Shown here piece by piece: positions 17,267 through 27,290 of a stretch of DNA of 45,437 bases. Both the position numbers and the translations under genes were made by a program. This DNA comes from Candidatus Kapaibacterium sp. GTDB taxonomy: Bacteria; Bacteroidota; Ignavibacteria; Kapaibacteriales; UBA2268. How positions within the stretch are numbered: position 1 is the first letter of the stretch; each line of letters opens with the position of its first letter. The notes under the pieces were generated by a model. The model worked only from the letters and a program-made list of their open reading frames with translations. It made no database searches and was not told the DNA's origin. Location of the stretch: assembly GCA_026390675.1 (NCBI GenBank), contig JAPLFM010000187.1, positions 2,012 to 47,448 on the forward strand. Reading direction: 5' to 3'.

Positions 17267-19987
17267 ATGAATTATAAAATGAAACTTATGAATACATTTA
17301 AAATATTAATATTGTTTTTTATTTTCCAAATTAAATTAGTTTCAAAAGAATTTGAAATTACACCCTTAAATATTAATTTTAAGGGTGTTGTTTGCAATGA
17401 TTCAAATGTTATTTCTTATGGAGATTATGGATCAATTCTATTAAGCACAAACAATGGCAATACTTGGAAACAAATAAGAGTATTTGAAAATGGTTCTATA
17501 ATTAACTGTATATATGAAAAAGATAGAATAGTTACATTTAGTTCAAATGGTGAAATTAGTATTTCTAAAAATAATGGTTTCAATTGGGAACTTATAAGTA
17601 AGATTAACGATAACATAGTTGGAGTAATTATTCATCCAAAAGGTTATGCTATAAGAAGTGAAAATAAATTAAGAATATTAAATCCAAATTTCAGTGTTTA
17701 TAGTTCAAAAGCAATCTCATCAATAAGAGGATTTTACAAAAATTATATTTGGCAATTATATCAAGATACTATTGATTTTAATCAAACAATGACAATTCAT
17801 AAAAACGATCTTGTTATTTCAATAGATTATCCAGTAAAATATGTTAAATACAATGAGAATTTGACACCAATTGATACTCTAAATGTAGATAAAGTGAATA
17901 ATTGTACAGATTGTTTAAGAAATTACTATATTTATTCTGATTCAAATTATATCTATTTTACTAATTTAGATAGTATATTTAAGTGTAGCGATTTTATAAA
18001 TTTTGATAGTTTTTTAAAATTGAATAATGGATTTTTAAGATTACAAAGTAAAAGTAATAATATTAATATTTTAGAAGGTAGAATCTGGGGAGCAGATAAC
18101 CAATTTATAAATTTTTCAAAAATTGTTAATGACAATTATAAATACGTTATTGGAAACGTTGATTTTATAATTAATTCATTAGTATTTGATTCGCGAATTT
18201 TGAAAGGATTTGACTTTAATGAAAAGTATCTATTTTTGGTTAAAGATAATAAAGTTATAATAAAAATCAACTTTATTTCTTCACAAGTTGAAATAATATC
18301 AGAATTTTCTCAAAGTTCAAAATTAATTAACCCAGACTTTTTAAAAGATAACAATTCTATTTATTATACTGCTGACAATGAAAACGGAAAAATATTTTTA
18401 GGTGCATTTAATTATAATATAATATATAAAACACATGATGAAGGTATTACTTTTCATAGGGTATGGGGTAACCATGATTACACAAAAAGCGGTTTTACAT
18501 ATTTTAAAAATTTTAATAACAAGTTAAATCTATTGACATTATATCAATTTAATAGTTCTTTTCCTTTAATTCAACCTGAAATAAGTGGATTGTATATTTC
18601 AAATGACAATGCTGAAAGCTTTAAATATAATAGAACTGAAGCATATACATTCCCAATTTTATTGAATAATAGAGCAAATTGTTATAAAAATGAATTAGGA
18701 TATGTTATCCCATATAATTTTAATTCTTTTAATAGCAAGACATTAAATTTTACACGAACATCTGATAATAATTTTAAGCCAATAAGTCTTTTTCAAGATT
18801 CAAATTATACAATATTTTATACAAACTCTAAAGATACTAATACTTTTTTATTTCAAACTTATGATGATATAGACTCGACAATTATAATAAAATACACAAA
18901 AAATAAAGGTCGAAATTGGGAGACAATAAAGGAATTTCCGTTTAAATATGATTTATTTTATAATATAGAAATTGAATTAAATGATACAAATTATTTAGCA
19001 TCTGCTTATATAAGTGAAACAGAAAAAAAGCTCGAATTCGGTATTTTGAATTTAGAAAGTAGAAGATATCAATATTTGTATACTTATAATTATTTAGATA
19101 CAAATTTAAGACATTACACTGCAATCACAAGTGATAGTAATAAAATATATTTAGCAGTAAAAGATACAATATTTGAGATATTTGATTACCTAAACCCCAA
19201 TACTTGGAAACAATTCATATTGCCTAATAATGGAAGAATTAGAAAAACTTTTAGAAAGAATAACGATAAATTCTTAGCAAGATATTCTGATTTAAATAAT
19301 GAAGATAATTTATATTGGATTAAGATTACTAATAAACCCAAACTCATCCCAGAAATACTTGCAGTTGATAATGATTTTGGAAATGTAGATATAAAAGATA
19401 AAATATCAAAAACCCAAGTTTTGAATATAGGTAATACTTCCAAAAATGCTGATTTAATAATTACAGGGTATTCAAAATTAAATCAAAGTGTTTTTTTAAC
19501 TGATTTACCAAAAGTAGATTTACAGAACCCTATAATAATTCAGCCAAATACATATTATCATTTTCAAGTACAATTCAAACCATCTGCAGTAAAAAAATAT
19601 ATTGATAGTATTGTTTTCTATTCAAATGCTGTTATTTCAGATAGTGTAACATTTCTTAAAGGTGAAGGTATAGATACTATCAAATCTTCTGTAATTGAAG
19701 ATCAAACTTATTTCTATTCATATCCTCCTTTCCCAACTCCTTCTATGTATGAGCTAAAGTCGTTAATCTATTGGGACATGAGCTATAATATAGATGATTC
19801 GGATATTGATGTATATGATATTTACGGAAATAAAGTAGCTGATAAAGATAAGATAAGTATTAACAAGCTAAATACTTATTCAGGTTATCTTTCTTGGGAT
19901 TGCTCAGGAGCTTCCACTGGTGTTTATATGATACAGATCAAACATGGAACTAATACTCATAATATTAGAGCTGTAGTGGTGAGATAA
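17267..19987 (+). CDS. L0: secreted BNR/Asp-box-repeat (Ycf48/sialidase-like propeller) protein with an ASH/choice-of-anchor-D-like Ig domain and a T9SS C-terminal sorting domain. It is a solitary paralog of L1-L3.
   Basis: 906 aa. BNR-like motifs include STNNGNTWKQ, SKNNGFNWEL, THDEGITF and TKNKGRNWET. An Ig-like segment reads DFGNVDIKDKISKTQVLNIGNTSKNADLIITG...FQVQFKP. The final 97 aa are nearly identical to the tails of L1 and L2. An alternative start is the ATG at 17279. Confidence 0.8.
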   Translation: MNYKMKLMNTFKILILFFIFQIKLVSKEFEITPLNINFKGVVCNDSNVISYGDYGSILLSTNNGNTWKQIRVFENGSIINCIYEKDRIVTFSSNGEISISKNNGFNWELISKINDNIVGVIIHPKGYAIRSENKLRILNPNFSVYSSKAISSIRGFYKNYIWQLYQDTIDFNQTMTIHKNDLVISIDYPVKYVKYNENLTPIDTLNVDKVNNCTDCLRNYYIYSDSNYIYFTNLDSIFKCSDFINFDSFLKLNNGFLRLQSKSNNINILEGRIWGADNQFINFSKIVNDNYKYVIGNVDFIINSLVFDSRILKGFDFNEKYLFLVKDNKVIIKINFISSQVEIISEFSQSSKLINPDFLKDNNSIYYTADNENGKIFLGAFNYNIIYKTHDEGITFHRVWGNHDYTKSGFTYFKNFNNKLNLLTLYQFNSSFPLIQPEISGLYISNDNAESFKYNRTEAYTFPILLNNRANCYKNELGYVIPYNFNSFNSKTLNFTRTSDNNFKPISLFQDSNYTIFYTNSKDTNTFLFQTYDDIDSTIIIKYTKNKGRNWETIKEFPFKYDLFYNIEIELNDTNYLASAYISETEKKLEFGILNLESRRYQYLYTYNYLDTNLRHYTAITSDSNKIYLAVKDTIFEIFDYLNPNTWKQFILPNNGRIRKTFRKNNDKFLARYSDLNNEDNLYWIKITNKPKLIPEILAVDNDFGNVDIKDKISKTQVLNIGNTSKNADLIITGYSKLNQSVFLTDLPKVDLQNPIIIQPNTYYHFQVQFKPSAVKKYIDSIVFYSNAVISDSVTFLKGEGIDTIKSSVIEDQTYFYSYPPFPTPSMYELKSLIYWDMSYNIDDSDIDVYDIYGNKVADKDKISINKLNTYSGYLSWDCSGASTGVYMIQIKHGTNTHNIRAVVVR

Positions 19988-20004
19988 TTATGAATTATGA
20001 ATTT

Positions 20005-20035
20005 AAAGCTGTCTGAAAAGACAGCTTTTTTTTTT
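20005..20035 (+). terminator. Rho-independent terminator downstream of L0
   Basis: Stem aaagctgtc (20005-20013), loop tgaaaa, stem gacagcttt (20020-28), followed by a T run to 20035. Confidence 0.8.
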
Positions 20036-20108
20036 AAATTTTTCAAAAATACTTAAATCGTTGTTTTTTCGTTTATTATAATAGAATTTTAATAAAAATT
20101 AAGAATAG

Positions 20109-21101
20109 ATGAAAAAAACAATATTCGTTATACTATTTTTTTCAGTTTGTTTATCAAAAGCTGAAACAGTTGAGTATAAAAAAATATTAATTGCAAATAT
20201 AACTATTGCGAAAAATATAGATTCTATAAGTGACTATAAAGCAATGGCAGCACTCACTTATGCTACAATGCTAACAGATAAATATCGAATAATTAATAAT
20301 AAATTAATTGATTCGATTACAGAATTTGCAAAAACAAATGGTGAGAAATTATCAGCAAAACAAATTGCAGAAAGGCTTGGTGCAGATTACATCTTGTTTG
20401 AAAGCATTAATAAGTTTCAAAATATGCTTAGATTGGAAATAGCATTAAGAGATGTTAAAAATGAAAAAGACAAAAAATCTGGAATTGGTTATGGTCTGCT
20501 CAATTATAGAAAAATCAATAACGACCTACCACTTTATGACCCAATCATATTGAAAGCTACTCAAAGAGCTTTAGCTTTAGCTTTTGGAGATAGTCTATTA
20601 TATCAAAATGTGAAAGACAAAAAATTACAGGTATATCCTGCTTTTGCAACAATTGTTGGTGGAATTGAATATGAAGACAATTCTAGATATCCTAATTGGC
20701 GAATGTTCCAAGACAAAGTTTTGAGTTCGTATGATGGTTGTGAAGTTATGTTTGAAGAATCAAAAGACTCACCAACTTTAGCAGTATATGATTTGGCAAG
20801 CAGAGATTCTATTTTTACAAGATTCAAACTTTATGGATTTGAAAATTATAATGCAGCAAATATTACAGAATTGGCTGTGCTAGAAAAATTTGATGTAAGA
20901 TATTATATTTGTGGCAAACTTGAAAGAAATGAGGAAGGAGCACTATTTGTTGCGTATTTACTTGAGATAAATAAGAGCAAAGTAAACATTGTCAAAAGTA
21001 ATGGTGAGCAAATACTAGAAGATAGCACAGATAAATTCAGAGAAGCGATTCGAAAAGCTACACAAAGGTTAGTTGGAAAACAGCAAAGCAAAAATGATTG
21101 A
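20109..21101 (+). CDS. Hypothetical secreted protein or lipoprotein
   Basis: 330 aa with an N-terminal signal sequence (MKKTIFVILFFSVCLSKA). I recognise no family. Confidence 0.6.
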   Translation: MKKTIFVILFFSVCLSKAETVEYKKILIANITIAKNIDSISDYKAMAALTYATMLTDKYRIINNKLIDSITEFAKTNGEKLSAKQIAERLGADYILFESINKFQNMLRLEIALRDVKNEKDKKSGIGYGLLNYRKINNDLPLYDPIILKATQRALALAFGDSLLYQNVKDKKLQVYPAFATIVGGIEYEDNSRYPNWRMFQDKVLSSYDGCEVMFEESKDSPTLAVYDLASRDSIFTRFKLYGFENYNAANITELAVLEKFDVRYYICGKLERNEEGALFVAYLLEINKSKVNIVKSNGEQILEDSTDKFREAIRKATQRLVGKQQSKND

Positions 21102-22452
21102 TACAAGCAAATTAATTATAGCAAAATTTGGTGGTACTTCTGTAAAATCAGCAGAAGAAATGAAATTAGTCTATAATATCCTACAAAAACAGAAAGAGAA
21201 AAAAATAGTTGTATTATCTGCTTGTGGAGGTATAACCAATTTGATAATAGATTGTTTGCAAATGTCTTTAAAAGGTAAACTATCTGAATCTGAGTTGCTC
21301 TTAAATAAATTTGAAACCCACCACAGAGAATTAATTGAAAATTTGATTTTAGACATTGAATTAAAATCACAAGCTCATTTAATAGCAGATATGTCTTTTG
21401 AAATTTTAAGAAACAATTCCAAAGGTACTTTGCTTTTAAGAGATTTGCCAAAAATTGTAGAAGATAAATGTGTAGCTCAAGGTGAATTATTATCTTCAAT
21501 GATTTTTTATTATTACTGTTTGTCTAAAAAAATAAAGTCACATTTGTTGGATATTAGAAGTATAATTTCTAAAAGAGAGTTTGATCATAGCAAAATTGAA
21601 GTTATGGTGGATTCTGACAAACTTCAAATTGCTTTAGCTGAATTTAATACTAATGATGTGATTATTACTCAAGGTTTTATTTGCAATGATGAATTTGGTA
21701 ATACTTCAAATCTTGGGAGAGGAGGCTCAGATTGGACAGCTTCAATTTTAGGTGGAGAATTAAATGTAAAGGAAATTCAAATTTGGACTGACGTTAATGG
21801 AATATTGACTACTGACCCCAGATTAATTTCCACTTCTGAAACAATTAAATCAATTAGCTTTAAAGATGTTCAAGCATTATCTTTTTATGGTGCTAAGGTA
21901 TTACATCCAGAAACAATTAAACCAGCAATAGATAAAAATATTCCAATTATAATTTTAAATACATTTAATCCTGAAAGTAAAGGAACTAAAATATCGAATA
22001 TTTTTATTGAATCTGAAAAACTCATCAAAGCAGTGGTATTGAATGATGATTGTATATTGTATGAGTTTGAATTAAATCTCAATCAAAATATCAAAAATAA
22101 TCAATCCAAAGATATTTTAACTCGTTTTAGTTCATTGCATGCAATTATTTATCTATATGAATTAAGAGATAATAAATTGTTGGTGGTAATTAAAAAGGAT
22201 GAAATACTTCAAAAATATTTTGAAATGGATACTTTTGGATCAAGTTTTAATGCAATTGAAGTTGATTTAATAGCTTGTATTGGTGTTAATAATAATGTCT
22301 TTAATGAGTCAGATAAAATATTGTCTTTTTTAAGTGCCAAAGATTGTTTAATTTTCAACTACAATATTGAAACTAAGATATTATTTTCACTTTTTATGCC
22401 TGAAAAAGGCAATGATTTTTACAATTTTATACATCAGTTCACAATAGAATAA
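21094..22452 (+). CDS. lysC: Aspartate kinase
   Basis: Contains the KFGGTSV nucleotide-binding motif, GRGGSDWTASILG, IWTDVNGILTTDPR and YGAKVLHPETI, with an ACT-like C-terminal half. I prefer the ATG at 21094 (MIDTSKLIIAKFGGTSV), which overlaps the upstream stop as ATGATTGA; the track start at 21073 is a TTG. Confidence 0.85.
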   Translation: MIDTSKLIIAKFGGTSVKSAEEMKLVYNILQKQKEKKIVVLSACGGITNLIIDCLQMSLKGKLSESELLLNKFETHHRELIENLILDIELKSQAHLIADMSFEILRNNSKGTLLLRDLPKIVEDKCVAQGELLSSMIFYYYCLSKKIKSHLLDIRSIISKREFDHSKIEVMVDSDKLQIALAEFNTNDVIITQGFICNDEFGNTSNLGRGGSDWTASILGGELNVKEIQIWTDVNGILTTDPRLISTSETIKSISFKDVQALSFYGAKVLHPETIKPAIDKNIPIIILNTFNPESKGTKISNIFIESEKLIKAVVLNDDCILYEFELNLNQNIKNNQSKDILTRFSSLHAIIYLYELRDNKLLVVIKKDEILQKYFEMDTFGSSFNAIEVDLIACIGVNNNVFNESDKILSFLSAKDCLIFNYNIETKILFSLFMPEKGNDFYNFIHQFTIE

Positions 22453-22455
22453 AAA

Positions 22456-23607
22456 ATGGATTCTTCATTCACACATGGCATTTTAATAGTTGATGATGAT
22501 ATAATGATTTTGAAATTGATTAAAAACATTTTTCAAAATCATTACGAAGTAAAGATTTCTGTATCTGCAGAAGAAGGACTAAAGACTCTTAGGAATGGCT
22601 TTAGACCAGCAGTTATTGTTGCAGACCATGTTATGCCTAAGATGACAGGCTCTGAATTTTTGAAACAAGCAGCACAATTTTCTCCAAACTCAACTCGTGT
22701 GCTTCTTGTAGGACATAACGAAACTAAAGACATTGTATCAGCAGTAGGTGAGGCAAGTGCTTATATGTATTTGACCAAACCATTTATGGAAACTGAACTT
22801 CTGCAGGCTATTAAAATTGGAATAGATTACCACAAGCAAAAATCAATATTAAGTTCTTATCAAGAAAAAGAAGTAAAATTAGTAACTGAATTAAAAAGAT
22901 TAAATCAAATGGTTCAATCTTTGAATAATGAGAAATCAGCTATTTTTGATGAAAGTATGAAGGCAATTGCTTCTATAATTGCTGTAAATGAAAAGTTTTA
23001 TTTTACTGGACATACCAAATATGTAAATGCAATTTCTAGAGGTATTGGAGAATTGATGAGGCTTAGGTCGGATATAATGACTTCAATTTATTTAGCAACA
23101 CAAGTGCATAATATTGTAACAATTAAAATGCCAGAAAGATTTAAACTTTTTAGCCCTTATGACATTGTAAATGAAAATGATTTGGGTGCATACATCAAAT
23201 TTTTTAATGAAAGTTTGAATATATTAAAAAACATTTCTGCTTTTAAAGATATTACTCCAATTGTTGGTCAGATATACGAGCATTCAGATGGAACTGGCTT
23301 GCCAAGTGGCTTGCAAAAAGGTCAGTTTTTAATAGAAGCACAAGTAGTATCTATTGCAAATATATATCATAATAAAGTATATCAATTGGAGCCAGCACAT
23401 TATGCACATCTAACTATGGAAGGGCAATATGTTCAAAGCAAAGACCACACAGCTCGTAGACATAAAAAAGCAATTCAATTTATTGAGAACAAGAAATCTT
23501 GGTTTGATGAAAAAATACATTCTAGATTTATGGAGTTAGTTGAAAGTGAAAAATGCCCAGAGCTAAAACCTATACCTGAAGATTTAGTTTTAAACTATGT
23601 TGAGTAA
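22456..23607 (+). CDS. Response regulator with a degenerate HD-GYP-like output domain
   Basis: REC domain: ILIVDDD, VIVADHVMPKMTG, LTKPF. The C-terminal domain has the HD-GYP layout, but HNIV replaces the HD(I/V)GK motif and HSDGTGLPSG replaces HExxDGxGYP. Confidence 0.7.
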   Translation: MDSSFTHGILIVDDDIMILKLIKNIFQNHYEVKISVSAEEGLKTLRNGFRPAVIVADHVMPKMTGSEFLKQAAQFSPNSTRVLLVGHNETKDIVSAVGEASAYMYLTKPFMETELLQAIKIGIDYHKQKSILSSYQEKEVKLVTELKRLNQMVQSLNNEKSAIFDESMKAIASIIAVNEKFYFTGHTKYVNAISRGIGELMRLRSDIMTSIYLATQVHNIVTIKMPERFKLFSPYDIVNENDLGAYIKFFNESLNILKNISAFKDITPIVGQIYEHSDGTGLPSGLQKGQFLIEAQVVSIANIYHNKVYQLEPAHYAHLTMEGQYVQSKDHTARRHKKAIQFIENKKSWFDEKIHSRFMELVESEKCPELKPIPEDLVLNYVE

Positions 23608-23610
23608 TTA

Positions 23611-24099
23611 ATGGTTAAATCAATATATATATTCATACTTATTCTTTTGGTTAGTTGCAATGCAGGGTTAGAACCACCTCAAGCTGTTACTGTATTTAGC
23701 CCAGCAATATCCGGAAAGATAGTATATACTAATGGTTTAAATAATTGGCCTCCAATAGATTCTTTAAAAGGGATGCGAATTTTCTTTTTTAAAGAGTTCC
23801 CTGATACTGCAAGTATTTTAAATGATATAACTAAAGGAAATGTGATATTTTCTGATAGTACTTTACCAATTAATGTAAGTCAAACAAATTTTATACAATA
23901 TCTAAAAGAAACACCTGTAACATTTAAATATATTGCTGTAGGTCAAAACTTTAGTTCCTCATTGCTTGATTGGAGAGTTGTTGGTTTATATTCAGATGAC
24001 AATAAAACTCCTAAAGCAATTATAATTGGAAAAGATAGCAGTGCAAAGAATATAATAATTAATGTAGATTTTAAAAATTTGCCACCTCAACCTTTTTGA
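23611..24099 (+). CDS. Hypothetical lipoprotein
   Basis: 162 aa with lipobox LLVSC at residues 12-16. It lies 3 nt upstream of the TonB-dependent receptor gene. Confidence 0.6.
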   Translation: MVKSIYIFILILLVSCNAGLEPPQAVTVFSPAISGKIVYTNGLNNWPPIDSLKGMRIFFFKEFPDTASILNDITKGNVIFSDSTLPINVSQTNFIQYLKETPVTFKYIAVGQNFSSSLLDWRVVGLYSDDNKTPKAIIIGKDSSAKNIIINVDFKNLPPQPF

Positions 24100-24102
24100 T
24101 TT

Positions 24103-26228
24103 ATGAAGAAAATCATTTTACTATTTCTAATAATGTTTAGTTTCAATTATTCTAATGCCCTTGATTTTGGTGGTAGGATTTTAAGTATTGATAGTAAAAA
24201 ACCAATATCAGGTGCTACAATTAAATTAGAAGGTACATCAAAAGGTTCAATTTCCAATAAAAGTGGTGAATATATAATTACAAACATCAAAAGTGGAAAA
24301 TATAGAATTTTAGTTAGTTTCGTTGGTTATGAATTAATCGCTAAAGAAATTGAAATTAAGGAAGGGATTAAACTTGATTTTGAGATGGTAGAGACTGTAT
24401 TAAATATGAATACTATTACTACAATTGGTAGAAAAGACCTTCAAGCAGTACAGGAAGTACCAATTTCAATTTCAAATATTAGCAGCGAAGAAATAAATGT
24501 TAGAGGGACTAAATCTATAGAAAAAGCGTTGGAATATGTGTCAGGAGTAGAAGTAAATAGAGATAATATTAGTATTAGAGGTACGAGTGGTTTTACTTTT
24601 GGAATTGGATCTCGAGTTGCATTATTACTTGATGGTTCGCCATTACTTTCAGGTGATAATGGCGATATGAAATTTGATGCTTTGCCACTTTTTAACATAG
24701 AAAGAATTGAAATAATAAAAGGTGCTTCATCTGCTTTGTATGGTACAAGTGCTATTGGAGGAGTAGTAAATATTGTTACTCAAACACCAAAAGAAGAAGG
24801 AGAATTAAATATTCGTTTATTAACTGGTTTTTATTAGATATTTCTTATTCCAAAAAATTTGACAATATAAGTTTAACTACTTCGGCTGGTTATTATGATA
24901 GAGATAATTTCAGATATTTTAATAAACAAAAGCAATTAAATCTGTATTCTAAAATTGGCTATCAAGTTTCTGATAATTTCAGTTTTAACTTATCTGGCAA
25001 TGCTACTATCGTTAGTTATGATGATTGGGTTTTTTGGCGTTCATTATCTCAACCATTTCTACCACCTTTAGGATCTGATTCTATTACTTTAAATTCAGAT
25101 AAATATAATATTATGTTTGATGGTAAGTATTTGTTTGATGAAAATAATTTCTTAATAATTAAGTCAGGTGCATTTTTTACTTCAATGACAAATAATCTGT
25201 CATTAGATAATACTGAGGTAAGAAAGTCAGATGCATTATCTTTAAATAATGATTTCCAATTTTCTTCCAAATTAGATAAAACCTTTTTTCTAACTTATGG
25301 ATTTAATATTGCAAATAACAAAGTTCGTTCTATAACATTTAAAGACCATGACCAATCAATATTTTCTTTTTATACTCAAGGAGAATATTCAGGAATTGAC
25401 AAATTAAATATTACATTTGGTGCAAGACTTGATAAAGAACAAACAGATGCAATTAGTTCAAAATTAGTTGTTTCTCCTAAACTAGGGCTTTCATATAAAC
25501 CAAGCAACAAACTAAATCTGCGAGCTTCTGTTGGAGCTGGCTTTAGAGCTCCTGTTATTGCTGAAAGATTTAGCTCTGTTAAATTTTTGGGTTTTTTGGT
25601 TAGACCTGATTCCACTCTTAGACCAGAAAAAAGCACATCGTATGAAATAGGAACAAACTATGAATTTAAAATTTTGAATACACCAATATATTTAGATTTA
25701 GCTTTATTTCAAAATGATTTGATTGATTTGATAGATCCTGATTTCCCAGATAAAACTAAAGCTGAAGTGCAGTTTAGAAATATTACAAAAGCAAGAATTA
25801 GGGGTTTGGAGATAAATATTAAAACATTTCTTTTTGATTTTTTAGGATTGGAAACTGGTTTAACTGCCATGGAACCTAGAGATTTGGATTTGAATCAAAC
25901 ATTAAAATATAGATCTAAATTTGTTTGGACAAATAAATTATTACTTCCATTAAGCAATAATTTGCAAGTACAAGCCGACTATAGATTCAAAGCTAGAAAT
26001 GAAACTATAGATGATAGGCTTGCTTTTGGAATTAAAGATACTGAAGCTAGAGTAGATGTTCACGTTGTTGATTTAAGATTAATCTACAAAGCTCAAAATG
26101 ATTTTAATATGCCAATTTCTTTTATATTTAGCTGTAATAATTTGCTAAATTATTATTATACTGAACTTGTAGGAAATATGGCAAGTACTAGATTTCTAAA
26201 TTTACAAATTGATTATAAATTGAATTAA
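24103..26228 (+). pseudogene. TonB-dependent receptor (CarboxypepD_reg domain + plug + beta-barrel) interrupted by one frameshift at a T5 run
   Basis: ORF 24103..24837 encodes the CarboxypepD_reg-like segment (GRILSIDSKKPISGATIKLEGT...) and the plug (ISIRGTSGF, ALLLDGSPL, IEIIKGASSALYGTSAIGGVVNI). Frame 3 is open from before 24834 through 26228 and continues the barrel (DISYSKKFDNISLTTSAGYYDRDNFRY...). Adding one T to the run at 24828-24832 would fuse both parts as ...LTGFLLDISYS.... Confidence 0.8.
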
Positions 26229-26239
26229 AAGGGTTGTTT

Positions 26240-27283
26240 ATGTTTTTAAGAATTATGATATTAGTTACTTTTTGTTTTACACTCAAAACATTTGCTTTAG
26301 ATGATAAAGATAAAGCAATTATTACAGCAAAAAGAGCAATTGAATTAATGAACAAAGGTGAATTTCAAGAATCAATTGACAGTTTGAATGTATGTATTGA
26401 TTTAGATGATAAAAATATTAATTATAAATATGAAAAAGCTCTAGCATACACAAGGTTGAAAAGATATCAAAAATCTATAGATATTTTAACTCCTTTAATT
26501 AATGAAAAAGATGCTAATGATAAATTTTATCAATTACTAGGAAATAGCTACGACAATTTATCATCAAGAAAAGCAGCTTTTCAAGTATATAAAGATGGAT
26601 TGCAAAAGTTCCCTAGTTCTGGAAGGTTATATCAGGAATTAGGTCTTAACAAACTTAATGATACAAATTTGAAAGCTGCTATAGATTATTGGAAGCAAGG
26701 AATAAAAGCAAACCCAGAATTTGGAAATAATTATTATTTAATAGTTATAAATTATCAAACAAAAGATAGCTTACTCTCTCTTGGAAGTTTACTAATTGCC
26801 GAAGAGTATATTAATGTTTCTGCCAACCCCAAAAGATCTAAAGAAATATCACAGCTATTAATTAATACGTTCAATAAATTTTTTAGTTATACAAATGAAG
26901 AATTTGATAGGTATGAAAAAAATTCTGAGTTTATTATGTCTGATGATAGAGAATTTATTAATTCATTCTCATCAATTATAAAAAAAAATGTATTGGGTAA
27001 AAGGAGTAATAATAAATCTTTTTCTTACGACTTTTATTCTTGTAGAGAAAACATATTAAACGAATGGAACAAAAAAGAATTAAATGTAAAATTTCAAAGG
27101 AAAATTTTAGAATATTTTGATTTAATGAGAAAAAATCAAGTTTTTGAAGCTTATAATTTTCTTCTGTTTAATGACCAATTCCCAAAGGAAGTAAATACTT
27201 GGCGAGAACAAAATATTGATAAAGTTAAAGACTTTACAAGTTGGCTTCCAAAAAATATTTACTCTGTTTTTGTAAAAGAATAA
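26240..27283 (+). CDS. Hypothetical secreted protein with a TPR-like N-terminal half
   Basis: Signal-like N-terminus (MFLRIMILVTFCFTLKTFA) and helical-repeat-like segments (AYTRLKRYQKSIDIL, GNSYDNLSSRKAAFQVYKDGL). ATG at 26240; the track start at 26234 is a TTG. Confidence 0.55.
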   Translation: MFLRIMILVTFCFTLKTFALDDKDKAIITAKRAIELMNKGEFQESIDSLNVCIDLDDKNINYKYEKALAYTRLKRYQKSIDILTPLINEKDANDKFYQLLGNSYDNLSSRKAAFQVYKDGLQKFPSSGRLYQELGLNKLNDTNLKAAIDYWKQGIKANPEFGNNYYLIVINYQTKDSLLSLGSLLIAEEYINVSANPKRSKEISQLLINTFNKFFSYTNEEFDRYEKNSEFIMSDDREFINSFSSIIKKNVLGKRSNNKSFSYDFYSCRENILNEWNKKELNVKFQRKILEYFDLMRKNQVFEAYNFLLFNDQFPKEVNTWREQNIDKVKDFTSWLPKNIYSVFVKE

Positions 27284-27290
27284 CTGTTTT

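Noticed and set aside
21116-21499. 127-aa minus-strand ORF inside lysC, along with other antisense ORFs at 20603, 20903, 21171, 21885 and 22542
   Set aside because: They overlap strongly supported + strand genes and have low-complexity translations.
24838-25112. Apparent 275-bp intergenic gap between two TonB-receptor ORFs, and the minus-strand ORF 25049..25270
   Set aside because: Frame 3 is open across the whole gap and encodes receptor-like sequence, so the gap is an artefact of a frameshift. The minus-strand ORF is antisense noise.
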